NCBI GenBank assembly: GCA_963820085.1
Contig: CAWFYU010000022.1
Span: 193,984-257,983 of the forward strand
Length of the DNA stretch: 64,000 nucleotides
Direction: 5' to 3'
From: Ilumatobacteraceae bacterium
GTDB lineage: Bacteria; Actinomycetota; Acidimicrobiia; Acidimicrobiales; Ilumatobacteraceae
Position numbers and translations under genes: made by a program. Numbering within the stretch: position 1 is the stretch's first letter; each line of letters opens with the position of its first letter. Shown here piece by piece: positions 20,149 through 29,278 of the stretch. Below the pieces are notes generated by a model, which was not told the origin of the DNA, ran no database searches, and worked only from the letters and a program-made list of their open reading frames with translations.

Positions 20149-21186
20149 ATGACCGACACCGCCCCCTTCATCGCCGCGGCTGCCGGCCGGCCGGCGCGGC
20201 ACACGCCGGTGTGGTTCATGCGCCAGGCCGGCCGTTCGCTGCCGGAATATCACGACGTGCGTGGCGAGGGGTCGATCCTGCACGCGATCAAGCAGCCCGA
20301 GATCGCAGCCGAGATCACCCTGCAGCCGGTCCGCCGGTACGGCGTCGACGCGGCGGTCCTGTACAGCGACATCGTGGTGCCACCGCACGCGGTCGGGTTC
20401 GGGATCGACGTGCAGCCGGGCACGGGCCCCGTTGCCGAGCAGCCATTCCGTCGTCGCGCCGACCTCGAACGGTTGCGGCCGCTCGATTTCGATGACATCA
20501 GCTATGTGATCGACACCGTCGACCTCCTCGTCGCCGAGTTGTCCGGCGACGTGCCGCTGCTTGCCTTCGCGGGTGCACCGTTCACCGTCGGCAGCTACCT
20601 GATCGAGGGACGGCCCTCGAAGGACTACCGGTACACCAAGGCGATGATGCACACCGATCCGGTGTTGTTCGGCGACGTGATGGACCGTCTCGCCACGAGC
20701 GCGATCACGTTCATCGACGCGCAGTTGCAGCACGGCGCACGAGCGTTCCAGCTGTTCGATTCGTGGGCGGGTTCGCTCAGCCTTGGCGACTACGAGCACT
20801 TCGTTCTGCCCCACACGCAGCGCGTCTTCACTGAACTGGCGGAGCGTCATCCGAGTGTTCCGGGCATCCATTTCGGCATCGGCTGCGATCATCTCCTCGA
20901 GGCGATGAACAGCGTCGGCAACCGGGTGCTCGGGCTCGATTGGCGGACCACCATCACCGATGCCCGACGCCGGCTGGGGGCCGACCTGGTGGTGCAGGGC
21001 AACCTCGACCCGTCACTCGTCTTGGCGGGCAGCGCGCCTGCTCTGGCCGGTGCGCACGCCGTGCTCGCCGACAACGCCGGGCACCCGGGTCACATCTTCA
21101 ACCTCGGCCACGGCGTGCACCAAGACAGCGACCCCGGCGTCCTGCAAGCCGTCGTCGACCTCGTCCACGAACGCACCACCGCATAG
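20149..21186 (+). CDS. hemE: Uroporphyrinogen decarboxylase
   Basis: Signature PVWFMRQAGRSLPEY and HemE-like sequence over the full length (345 aa). Confidence 0.9.
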   Translation: MTDTAPFIAAAAGRPARHTPVWFMRQAGRSLPEYHDVRGEGSILHAIKQPEIAAEITLQPVRRYGVDAAVLYSDIVVPPHAVGFGIDVQPGTGPVAEQPFRRRADLERLRPLDFDDISYVIDTVDLLVAELSGDVPLLAFAGAPFTVGSYLIEGRPSKDYRYTKAMMHTDPVLFGDVMDRLATSAITFIDAQLQHGARAFQLFDSWAGSLSLGDYEHFVLPHTQRVFTELAERHPSVPGIHFGIGCDHLLEAMNSVGNRVLGLDWRTTITDARRRLGADLVVQGNLDPSLVLAGSAPALAGAHAVLADNAGHPGHIFNLGHGVHQDSDPGVLQAVVDLVHERTTA

Positions 21187-21216
21187 CGTCGGCCGAGGCG
21201 TGGCGCCGGTGCCGGC

Positions 21217-22206
21217 ATGTCCGGGTCAGCCCTTCGCGTCGACTTTGCGGGCATGCTGTCGGCAATGACTGACAATGCTGACCGGGTCGGTGTGGTGCTC
21301 ATGGCCTACGGCACCCCTCGTTCCACCGACGAGATCGAGCCGTACTACACCGACATCCGACGGGGGCGGCCGCCAACACCCGAGGCCCTCGCCGACCTCG
21401 TGGCGCGCTACGACGCAATCGGTGGGATCTCGCCGCTGGCCCAGCTGACCGAAGATCAGCGCGACGGCCTCCAGGCGGCGCTCGACGAGATCGAGCCCGA
21501 TCGGTTCCACGTGACCCTCGGGCTGAAGCACGCCGACCCCAAGGTCGAGGCCGCCAGTGCCGAATTGGCGACCGCCGGGTTCTCGAAGCTCATCGGCCTC
21601 GTCCTCGCCCCGCACTACTCCGCGTACTCGATCGGCCAATACCTCGACCGCACCCGCCAGGGAGTCACCGACGTCGGCGCAAGCACCCCGGTGGCAGGCG
21701 TCGAGAGCTGGGCGGTCGAACCCGCGTTCATCGACTTCATCGCCGCCGACCTCGGTGCTCGGCTCGGCGACATGCGCGCCGCGAGCGACCGGCCGGTTCG
21801 AGTGCTGTTCACCGCGCATTCGCTGCCACAACGGATCATCGACGCAGGTGACCCGTACCCCGACGAACTCCGCTCGACTGCCGAGGCCGTTGCCACCAAA
21901 CTCGGGTTGTCGGAGGGCGAGGACTGGACGATCGCGTGGCAGTCGGCGGGCCGCACCCCGGAACCCTGGATCGGGCCCGACATTCTCGACGTGATCGACG
22001 AACTCGGTGCCGGTGGCGTGCATGGCGGCGTGATCGTCAGCGCGGTCGGCTTTGTCGCCGACCATCTGGAGGTGCTGTTCGACCTCGACATCGAAGCAGC
22101 TCAACGGGCTGCGCAGGTCGGCCTCGCGTTCGACCGCACCGCCAGCGCCAACGACGAACCGTCGATCATGGCCGCCCTCGCCCGCCGCGTCGCCGCCCTC
22201 GCCTGA
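21217..22206 (+). CDS. hemH: Ferrochelatase (coproporphyrin ferrochelatase type expected in this lineage)
   Basis: LMAYGTP and FTAHSLP signatures. The true start may be the ATG at 21265 (MTDNADRVGVVLMAYGTP). Confidence 0.85.
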   Translation: MSGSALRVDFAGMLSAMTDNADRVGVVLMAYGTPRSTDEIEPYYTDIRRGRPPTPEALADLVARYDAIGGISPLAQLTEDQRDGLQAALDEIEPDRFHVTLGLKHADPKVEAASAELATAGFSKLIGLVLAPHYSAYSIGQYLDRTRQGVTDVGASTPVAGVESWAVEPAFIDFIAADLGARLGDMRAASDRPVRVLFTAHSLPQRIIDAGDPYPDELRSTAEAVATKLGLSEGEDWTIAWQSAGRTPEPWIGPDILDVIDELGAGGVHGGVIVSAVGFVADHLEVLFDLDIEAAQRAAQVGLAFDRTASANDEPSIMAALARRVAALA

Positions 22207-22207
22207 C

Positions 22208-22368
22208 TGTCGCGTCGGGGCCAGGCACCATCGCGACACTTTTGTCGCGATAGGGCCAGGCACCAACGTGTCGCGTAGGGCCAGGCACCAACGCGACAGT
22301 TTTGTCGCGATAGGGCCAGGCACCAACGCGACACATTTGTCGCGATGGTGCCTGGCCCTGACGCGACA
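22208..22368. repeat. Array of five ~31-bp palindromic units (four direct, one inverted); consensus TGTCGCGAT[A/G]GGGCCAGGCACCAACGCGACA
   Basis: Units read at 22208-22238, 22243-22268, 22269-22298, 22303-22333 and 22338-22368 (core inverted: ggtgcctggccc). Spacers are 0-5 nt. The array fills the whole gap between the hemH stop and the stop of the convergent gene. Confidence 0.9.
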
Positions 22369-23202
22369 CTAGGAGCGGAGCAGCGGGCGGGTGAGGCAGG
22401 TGGGGCCGCCCTCGCACGGGATGCACAGTTCGTCGGCGATGAATGTCGAGACCTCGCATCCGGCGTCGCGCATCAGTTGCAGCGTGGCGGGAAATCCGTC
22501 GACGGCGATCACCTGCCGGGGCGCCGTGGCGAGCACGTTGAGGTTCAGCCCAAGGCTCGCCACGAACTCGTCGGCGGGGGCAACGAGGAGCGTGTAGCCC
22601 ATCTCCTCCATCCGCTGGTGGAGCGCCGTCGGCATCAACGGGGGATGGACCAGCGCCAGATCGTCGGCAAGCGCACTGACCACCGACATCAGGTGGAGGC
22701 AGGCGTCGGGCCCGAGGTGGTACGGCAGGTCGTATGCCTCGACGGTGATGCCGAGCGGTTCGACGATCGCCGCCATCTGATCGATCCCCGACTGGTTCGT
22801 GCGGAACCCCCGACCAACGGCAAGCGTCGTCGCGTCGAGCCAGAAGCTGTCGCCACCTTCGAAGGTGCCGGGCGCTTCGATCCGCCCGAGGACGGGGATG
22901 CCCGCCGCCTCGTAGAACGACTGATGTAGGTCGGCCTCGCCTGCGCGGAGCGGCTTGCCAGGCCGCAGCACGACTGCACCGCCGGGCACGACGAAGGACG
23001 GGTCGTATGTGAAGATCGAATCAGCGAGGTCGTCCGGATCGCCGTCGGGCCCATCGGTCGGCAGCCAGACGATCTCGGCACCACTCGCCTCGACGAGTTC
23101 GACGAACCGGTCGTACTGGGCGATGAGGGCGTCGGCATCGATCGGCTGGGCATAGTGCCATCGCTCGTGATCGGCGTTCAAGATCGCGCCCGGCATGCGC
23201 AT
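22369..23202 (-). CDS. Amidinotransferase-fold enzyme (dimethylarginine dimethylaminohydrolase / arginine deiminase-like)
   Basis: C-terminal CEGGPTCLTRPL (Cys nucleophile context) and the FEGGDSF motif. The start was set at MRMPGAILNADHERW (23202) because the upstream 60 codons translate the repeat element and junk. Confidence 0.75.
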   Translation of the reverse strand: MRMPGAILNADHERWHYAQPIDADALIAQYDRFVELVEASGAEIVWLPTDGPDGDPDDLADSIFTYDPSFVVPGGAVVLRPGKPLRAGEADLHQSFYEAAGIPVLGRIEAPGTFEGGDSFWLDATTLAVGRGFRTNQSGIDQMAAIVEPLGITVEAYDLPYHLGPDACLHLMSVVSALADDLALVHPPLMPTALHQRMEEMGYTLLVAPADEFVASLGLNLNVLATAPRQVIAVDGFPATLQLMRDAGCEVSTFIADELCIPCEGGPTCLTRPLLRS

Positions 23203-23247
23203 CGCGACGCGTTCGAGCCGACCGGCTGTCGAGCTGACCCCGACGCC

Positions 23248-23278
23248 TGGTGCGTTGGCGCCTGGCCCCATCGCGACA
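23248..23278. repeat. Single inverted-orientation copy of the 31-bp palindromic unit, with a degenerate left arm
   Basis: tggtgcgttggcgcctggccccatcgcgaca, located between the isochorismatase stop (23288) and the amidinotransferase start (23202). Confidence 0.65.
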
Positions 23279-23287
23279 TGAGCGGGG

Positions 23288-23908
23288 TCACTCATTGCCT
23301 TGCACCCGATCGAGGTGAGGAGCGTCGGCGGCGAGGAGGGTACGCGCATCGGCGCCGGTGATAGCGGTACAGAACTCGCCATGCAGATTCGCGACGCTCA
23401 TCTGATGCACCAGATCGGGGTCGTGGTCGACACCGTCGGGTCCGACTCGATTGGTGGTCGCGCAGCCGTCGGCGACGAGGTATGTGTCGAAGCCCAAGTT
23501 GCCCGCCATCCGCGTCGTCGTCTCGACGCAGAAGTTGGTGAAGAACCCGGCGATCACGAGCCGATCGACGCCACGTCGGCGCAGATCGATCTCGAGCGAG
23601 GTGCCGACGAACCCGCTGTTCACGTCTTTTGCAACCACGATGTCGCCGACGGCCGGCTCGAACCCCGGCTTCTGAGCTCCAGTCGGCAACGAGAACTTGA
23701 GTGGCGAGGCGGCCTCGCGCGAGTCGTGACGGGTGAAGGCCACCGGCAGCCCGGCGTCGCGCCAGGCGCCCAGCAGGCCGAGCATCACCGCTTCGGCATC
23801 GGGGTTGTTGCGACGGCCGGTCGGGCCGCCCCAGTGGTCGAGAACATCGACGCCGACCTGGACATCGATCAGGAGCAGTGCGGTTTCGGCACCGAAGGCA
23901 GGAATCAT
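23288..23908 (-). CDS. Isochorismatase-family cysteine hydrolase
   Basis: MIPAFGAETALLLIDVQ..., the VIAGFFTNFCVETTTR catalytic Cys context, and an ATG checked at 23908. Confidence 0.8.
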   Translation of the reverse strand: MIPAFGAETALLLIDVQVGVDVLDHWGGPTGRRNNPDAEAVMLGLLGAWRDAGLPVAFTRHDSREAASPLKFSLPTGAQKPGFEPAVGDIVVAKDVNSGFVGTSLEIDLRRRGVDRLVIAGFFTNFCVETTTRMAGNLGFDTYLVADGCATTNRVGPDGVDHDPDLVHQMSVANLHGEFCTAITGADARTLLAADAPHLDRVQGNE

Positions 23909-23976
23909 CGCCGCCAACGTAGGCCACCGTGCCCGAGAGCGACGCACCACGCAACAGCCCCGTACGCTCGCGGGTG

Positions 23977-25350
23977 ATGACCGGCCCGATCGCCGTCGTC
24001 GGCGGCGGCATCGCCGGGCTGGCGGCAGCACACCAACTCGCCACCGATGGCATCGACGTCACACTGTTCGAGCGCAGCGAGCTGGTCGGCGGGCGCATTC
24101 GCAGCACACCGTTCGCCGGGCTCGATCGTGTCGACGAAGGCGCCGACGCGTTTCTCGCCCGCGTGCCCGATGCTGTCCAACTCGCATCCGACGTCGAGTT
24201 GGCTGACCCGCTCGTCCATCCCGAAGCTGTCGGCGCGGCGGTGTGGCATCGGCGACTCCATCCGATTCCCGACGGCCTGCTCCTCGGAGTTCCCGGCCGG
24301 CTCGGCCCGATGGCCACGACCGGCCTCCTCAGTTGGCGGGGCAAGTTGCGCGCTGCGATCGAGCCATTCCTGCCGCGCACCTCACTCGACTCCGACTCGA
24401 TCGGTGAGTATGTCCGCGCCCGATTCGGCGACGAGGTCCACGAGCGGCTGGTCGATGCGCTCGTCGGCAGCATCTATGCCACCGACACCGATCGTTTCAG
24501 CCTGGCCGAAGTGCCCCAACTCGATGCACTGGCCCGCTCGAACCGCAGCCTCCTGCTCGGAGCGCACGCGGCGCGCCAGACCGCCGGCACTGCCACAGCC
24601 GCGGCCGCGCCGATCTTCGCGGCTCCCCGCCACGGAGTCGGCGATCTGGCGCAGGCAACCGCGGCTGCCATCATCGAAGCCGGCGGCACGCTGCACTGCG
24701 GACGCAATGTCGACGCCATCGGCACGGACGACGCGGGCTGGGAGATCGACGGGCAGGCGTTCGCCGCAGTGATCCTCGCCACGCCCGCCGCTGCGGCGGC
24801 CACACTGCTCGCCCGTGCCGCTCCCGCGGCGGCAGCCGCGCTGCGCGCTGCCGAGTCCGCCGACGTGATCATGGTCAGCCTGCACGTCGCGGCCGGCGAG
24901 TGGCCCGATCGGCACGCCGGACGCAGCGGCTACCTCGTCCCCAAGCCCGTTCAACGCACGGTGACGGCGGTGTCGTTCGGCTCCCAGAAATGGGCCCACT
25001 GGCAGCCTCCGGCGGGCGGGCAGATCCTGCGCGTGTCGCTCGGCCGCGACGGTCAGCCCGTACTCCATCTCACCGACGACGAGGTGGTCGAACGGGTGCT
25101 CGACGACCTCCACCTCCACCTCGGAGTTCGGTTCAGCCCGATCGCAGTTCGGATCAGCCGTTGGCCGGGAGCCTTTGCGCAGTATCGCCCGCACCATGCA
25201 CGCTGGGTCGATGCGATCGAAGCGATCCTCCCGGCCGGGGTCTTCGTCGCCGGCGCGAGTTACCGCGGCATCGGTGTTCCCGCCTGTATCCGGCAGGGGA
25301 CAACAATCGGACATCGCGCTGCACAACACGTCCGGTCTCTGCCAGACTGA
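23977..25350 (+). CDS. hemY: Protoporphyrinogen/coproporphyrinogen III oxidase (HemY/CgoX family flavoprotein)
   Basis: FAD-binding N-terminus IAVVGGGIAGLAAAHQL, a length of about 457 aa, and haem-gene context. ATG at 23977 (ORF 23929 begins at a GTG). Confidence 0.75.
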   Translation: MTGPIAVVGGGIAGLAAAHQLATDGIDVTLFERSELVGGRIRSTPFAGLDRVDEGADAFLARVPDAVQLASDVELADPLVHPEAVGAAVWHRRLHPIPDGLLLGVPGRLGPMATTGLLSWRGKLRAAIEPFLPRTSLDSDSIGEYVRARFGDEVHERLVDALVGSIYATDTDRFSLAEVPQLDALARSNRSLLLGAHAARQTAGTATAAAAPIFAAPRHGVGDLAQATAAAIIEAGGTLHCGRNVDAIGTDDAGWEIDGQAFAAVILATPAAAAATLLARAAPAAAAALRAAESADVIMVSLHVAAGEWPDRHAGRSGYLVPKPVQRTVTAVSFGSQKWAHWQPPAGGQILRVSLGRDGQPVLHLTDDEVVERVLDDLHLHLGVRFSPIAVRISRWPGAFAQYRPHHARWVDAIEAILPAGVFVAGASYRGIGVPACIRQGTTIGHRAAQHVRSLPD

Positions 25351-25353
25351 ACT

Positions 25354-26154
25354 GTGATGGACTCGACCGCCTCCGGCTCGATCACGAACGACTCGAACGG
25401 CAACCACGACAGCGGACGTCCGCGGTCGCGACGACCAGGTGTCATCGCCGCGCTCGGCGCCATCCCCGTTCTGATCGTCGGCGCGATCGTGCTGATGGGT
25501 GCCGGTGGCGACGCCGACACGATCGCCACCGACCTCGACACCACGACCACAGCGGCGGTGTCGACCACCACCTCGCCCGTGTTCATCGAGGCCCCGGCGA
25601 CCACCACGGCGTCCACGGTCAAGGCCACCACCACGACGGTCGCGGCAACGACATCGACCACGATTGCTGCGACCACCACCGTCGCACCCATCACGATTCC
25701 CGAGACACTTCCCCAGCAGGAAACGCAGCCGATCGCGCCGCCGCCCGACCCGCGGGGCTTCGAGAATCAGGTCCAGCTGGGCAGTATCTCGATCCCGAAG
25801 CTCGGCGTGAGCGAGCCGCTGCTCGAAGGAATCCGGCTCACGACGCTCGACAACGGCCCCGGTCATTGGCCCGGCACGGCGATGCCCGGTGAGATCGGCA
25901 ACGTCGTCGTCGCAGGCCACCGCACGAGTCACGGCGCGCCGTTCCGCAACCTCGACCAACTCGTCCCGGGCGACGTGGTCGAGTTTGACACCGGCGGCGG
26001 CGTCGTCACCTACACCGTGACCGGTACGCAAATCGTCACTCCCGACGCGGTGTGGATCGTCAACCCGACCGACACCCCGACCGCCACCCTGTTCGCCTGC
26101 CATCCGCCCGGGTCGACCCGCCAGCGGATCGTCGTCAACCTCGAGCTGAGTTGA
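25354..26154 (+). CDS. Sortase (class E-like) with N-terminal TM anchor and Thr-rich linker
   Basis: VVAGHRTSHGAPF (catalytic His context), ATLFACHPPGSTRQRIVV (TLxTC-type Cys plus Arg), and a TM segment VIAALGAIPVLIVGAIVLMGAG. Confidence 0.75.
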   Translation: MMDSTASGSITNDSNGNHDSGRPRSRRPGVIAALGAIPVLIVGAIVLMGAGGDADTIATDLDTTTTAAVSTTTSPVFIEAPATTTASTVKATTTTVAATTSTTIAATTTVAPITIPETLPQQETQPIAPPPDPRGFENQVQLGSISIPKLGVSEPLLEGIRLTTLDNGPGHWPGTAMPGEIGNVVVAGHRTSHGAPFRNLDQLVPGDVVEFDTGGGVVTYTVTGTQIVTPDAVWIVNPTDTPTATLFACHPPGSTRQRIVVNLELS

Positions 26155-26234
26155 GGCACCCCACCGGCCCTGGCAACGAGCCAGCCGCCGGATCCGAGAA
26201 CGACTCGGTCGTCGCGGCGCGTTCGGCTGCACCG

Positions 26235-27857
26235 ATGGCTGTGCCGACCGGTTCGCGGATTCGGGCCCGGCTGGCGCGCCCGGCGCTCGCGTTGGGCGCC
26301 GGGGCGTTGACCGCGTTGGCCCTCCCGCCGTGGGGCTTCTGGCCGCTCGCGATCATCGGGGTCATGTTGTTCGAGTGGTCTCTCGGCGAGCAACCGACAC
26401 GATGGGAGCGAGCTCGACTCGGCGCACTGTTCGGTGGCGGGTGGATGTACCTCGGCATGGGGTGGATGGTGCAGCTCACCGCGCCTGGTTACGTCGTGGC
26501 CGGTCTCATCTTTGCGGCGTACCACGCGCTCGCGGCCGCCGTCGCACCCACTGGCCGGTGGCGCGTCGTCGGTCGCCCGGCCGCCCACACTGTGGTCGAA
26601 GCGCTTCGCCTGTCGTTCCCCTTCGGCGGCGTCCCACTGGCCTCCATGGGGGTGGCCCAAGTCGGTGGCCCGCTGGCGTCGGTCGCACGGGTCGGTGGCG
26701 TGATCCTGATGACGTGGGTCGTCTTCCAGATCGGCTTCGTTCTTGCCGATGTCCGAACGCGCGTGGTGACGGCGATGCGCGCAGCAAGGACGACACGGAC
26801 GGTGCCGACGGTGCGCGAACTTCGTCGGGGCCATCGCGACGTGCTGCCCCACCTGATCGGCCGCGTCGCCGTCGCGGTCGTGATTCTGCTGTCGCTCGTC
26901 GCGCCGCGAGGATCGGCGACGGGCACAACGCTGACCGTGGCCGCGGTGCAGGGCGGCGGGCGCCAGGGCACGAGCGCGCTCGAAGTGCCGTCGTCGCTCG
27001 TCACCGAGCGGCATCTCGAAGCCACGGCCACGATCGACACCGACCGCGACGTCGACTTCGTCCTGTGGCCCGAGAACACCATCGACGTGAACGATCTGCG
27101 CGACACGCCCGAGTTCGAAGACTTCTCGAACTCGGCGATCAGAGCCCTCGTCGCAGCCGAAGCGAGCCGCCTCGGCGCACCGATCGCCGTCGGCATCACC
27201 GAGGACGCCCTCACCGACGATCCGAGCGCCCGGCGCTACACCAACGCACAAGTCGTCGTGATGCCCGATGGCGAACTGGCCAGCCGGTACGACAAGGTCC
27301 GGCGGGTGCCGTTCGGCGAATACGTCCCACTGCGGGGCGTCCTGGAGCGGATCACCAGCGCCGTCGATCAGGTCGGCGAGGCGGTGGCCGGCACCGAGCG
27401 GGGCGTCCTCATGTTCGATGTCGACGGCCAGCGCGCACCGGTCCGGATGGCCACTGTGATTTCGTGGGAGGTGTTCTTCGGCGGCCGGGCGCGCGAGGGG
27501 GTGAAAGACGGTGCGGGGCTCATCGTGAACCCCACCAACGGAGCGAGCTACACGGGCACGATCGTGCAGAGCCAACAGGTGGCGTCGAGTCGGTTGCGGG
27601 CGATCGAAACCGGTCGGTGGGTCGTGCAGGCCGCGCCCACGGGCTTTACCGCATTCATCGACAGCGACGGTCGGGTGCTGCAGCGGACGTCGGTGAGCGA
27701 ACAGCGGGTGCTGTATGCCGACGTCGAAATGCGGTCCGGCGACACCTGGTACACGGTCCTCGGTGACGGCCCGTTCATCTGGCTGTTCGCACTCGTCCTC
27801 ACCGCGTCGCTGTTCCTGGCCCGTCGGGATCGCGCCCGCCCGATGGTGCCTGCCTGA
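26235..27857 (+). CDS. lnt: Apolipoprotein N-acyltransferase-like protein (membrane domain plus CN-hydrolase domain) with Ser at the nucleophile position
   Basis: N-terminal LALPPWGFWPLA and multiple TM segments. CN-hydrolase motifs FVLWPEN (Glu) and YDKVRRVPFGEYVP (Lys) are present, but VISWEVFFG occupies the position where Lnt has xxCYE. The ATG at 26235 was checked. Confidence 0.75.
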   Translation: MAVPTGSRIRARLARPALALGAGALTALALPPWGFWPLAIIGVMLFEWSLGEQPTRWERARLGALFGGGWMYLGMGWMVQLTAPGYVVAGLIFAAYHALAAAVAPTGRWRVVGRPAAHTVVEALRLSFPFGGVPLASMGVAQVGGPLASVARVGGVILMTWVVFQIGFVLADVRTRVVTAMRAARTTRTVPTVRELRRGHRDVLPHLIGRVAVAVVILLSLVAPRGSATGTTLTVAAVQGGGRQGTSALEVPSSLVTERHLEATATIDTDRDVDFVLWPENTIDVNDLRDTPEFEDFSNSAIRALVAAEASRLGAPIAVGITEDALTDDPSARRYTNAQVVVMPDGELASRYDKVRRVPFGEYVPLRGVLERITSAVDQVGEAVAGTERGVLMFDVDGQRAPVRMATVISWEVFFGGRAREGVKDGAGLIVNPTNGASYTGTIVQSQQVASSRLRAIETGRWVVQAAPTGFTAFIDSDGRVLQRTSVSEQRVLYADVEMRSGDTWYTVLGDGPFIWLFALVLTASLFLARRDRARPMVPA

Positions 27858-27921
27858 CTCATCGGCGTCGTCGGCAACGCCCGAGTGGGGCGCGGTTCCC
27901 GTGACTTCGTACGGTGAGGTG

Positions 27922-28491
27922 ATGTCCGATCGCCCCACCACCACCCGCATCACCCCGGTTGATCTCGCCGCCCCGGACGTCGACCCCGAGCTGGCCGAGA
28001 TCCTCGCGGGCGCGCTCACTCACGACGGCCGTCCGCTCAACATCTTCGGCGCGCTCGGCCGGCATCCGAAGCTGCTCAAGCGGTTCAATCTGCTCGGCGG
28101 GTTCCTGCTCAACAAGGGCCTCGTGCCGCCGCGCGAACGCGAGTTGGTCATCTTGCGGATCGGGTGGAATGCGCGGGCCGAGTACGAGTTCGGCCAGCAC
28201 ACGATCATCGGCAAGCAGTGCGGCCTGACCGACGAGGAGATCTCGGCGATCACCCGACCGCCGGGCGAGCACGACTGGTCGGCCGACGACCGCGCCCTGC
28301 TCGCGCTGGCCGACGAACTGGCCGCCGACGATTGCGTCACCGACATCACGTGGACTCGGCTCGCCAGCCGGTGGTCGGATGCCGAGTTGGTCGAGCTGTT
28401 GGTCGTCGCCGGCTTCTATCGCCTGGTCTCGGGGTTCTTGAACAGTGCCGGCGTCCGGCTCGACGACGGCGTTCCCGGTTTCCCCACCTGA
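27922..28491 (+). CDS. Carboxymuconolactone decarboxylase (AhpD-like) family protein
   Basis: RELVILRIGWNARAEYEFGQHTIIG is typical of the CMD family. ATG at 27922. Confidence 0.75.
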   Translation: MSDRPTTTRITPVDLAAPDVDPELAEILAGALTHDGRPLNIFGALGRHPKLLKRFNLLGGFLLNKGLVPPRERELVILRIGWNARAEYEFGQHTIIGKQCGLTDEEISAITRPPGEHDWSADDRALLALADELAADDCVTDITWTRLASRWSDAELVELLVVAGFYRLVSGFLNSAGVRLDDGVPGFPT

Positions 28492-28623
28492 GTTCCCGCG
28501 GGCGCAGGTCCGGGTCCGCGGGGTTCGGCGTTCCGTTTGGCGACGTTGGTCGCCCACTGTCGAGGTATGAGCAAGCTTTCCATTCCCAGAGCGCCGAGTC
28601 GGCCTGATTGGTACGGTTCGGCG

Positions 28624-29278
28624 ATGCGTCGCGGCCTGATTGCGTTGGTCTTCGTGGTGTTGGCCGGGTGCTCGGGTGTCAGCGACGGGCCTCCCCTGCC
28701 CACGGTCGAGCCGGTCGTGACCGATCCACCGACGTCCACGTCGGAACCGGGCGAGGCGCCGACGACCGAGGTGGCGACCACATCGTCGACGACATCGGCC
28801 CCGACGACCACGGTCGATGCCGAAGAAGCCGCGATCGCCGCGGTCGAACAGGCGGCACTCGATGCGTACGCGGCTTCCCACGCCGCCATCCTCGATCCGT
28901 CGAATCCCGATCTGCGAGCCGAGGTGGAGCGGACGCATGCGGAAGGTGCGCTTGACGGGCGTGGTCGAGATCCTCGACAACCAGATCGCACTGGGCCAGG
29001 TCGCCCGACCGCATCCCGAATTGCAGCCGCGGGTGGAGGTGGTGGGTGCGGTGCGGTTCATCGATGATGAGCTGACGTTTGCGGATTTGATCGTGTGCGA
29101 GTTCAACCCAGAGGCTGAGGTGGAAGTCGGTGCTGCGCCAGACGGATCTGATGCGTTGGTGCGTGACGACGTGTTCACGGTCAAGAACGTGCAGGAGTTC
29201 AAGCTGATCGAGGGGCGTTGGGTCCTCACCGCCGGCGACGCGATCTCGGCAGTGGTCGGGGATGTCGGATGCGAGTGA
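28624..29278 (+). pseudogene. Putative lipoprotein whose reading frame appears to switch near 28935 (alternatively two separate ORFs, 28624..29067 and 28937..29278)
   Basis: Signal peptide and lipobox MRRGLIALVFVVLAGCSG, followed by a PT-rich linker. Protein-like sequence then continues in another frame (MRKVRLTGVVEILDNQIALGQV...), while the original frame turns Gly/Arg-rich. Confidence 0.4.

Noticed and set aside
22208-22368. Possible CRISPR array (regularly spaced ~31-bp repeats)
   Set aside because: The spacers are only 0-5 nt long and two units are directly fused. One unit is inverted, there are no cas genes in the window, and identical units occur singly elsewhere. This fits a REP/MIRU-like element, not CRISPR.
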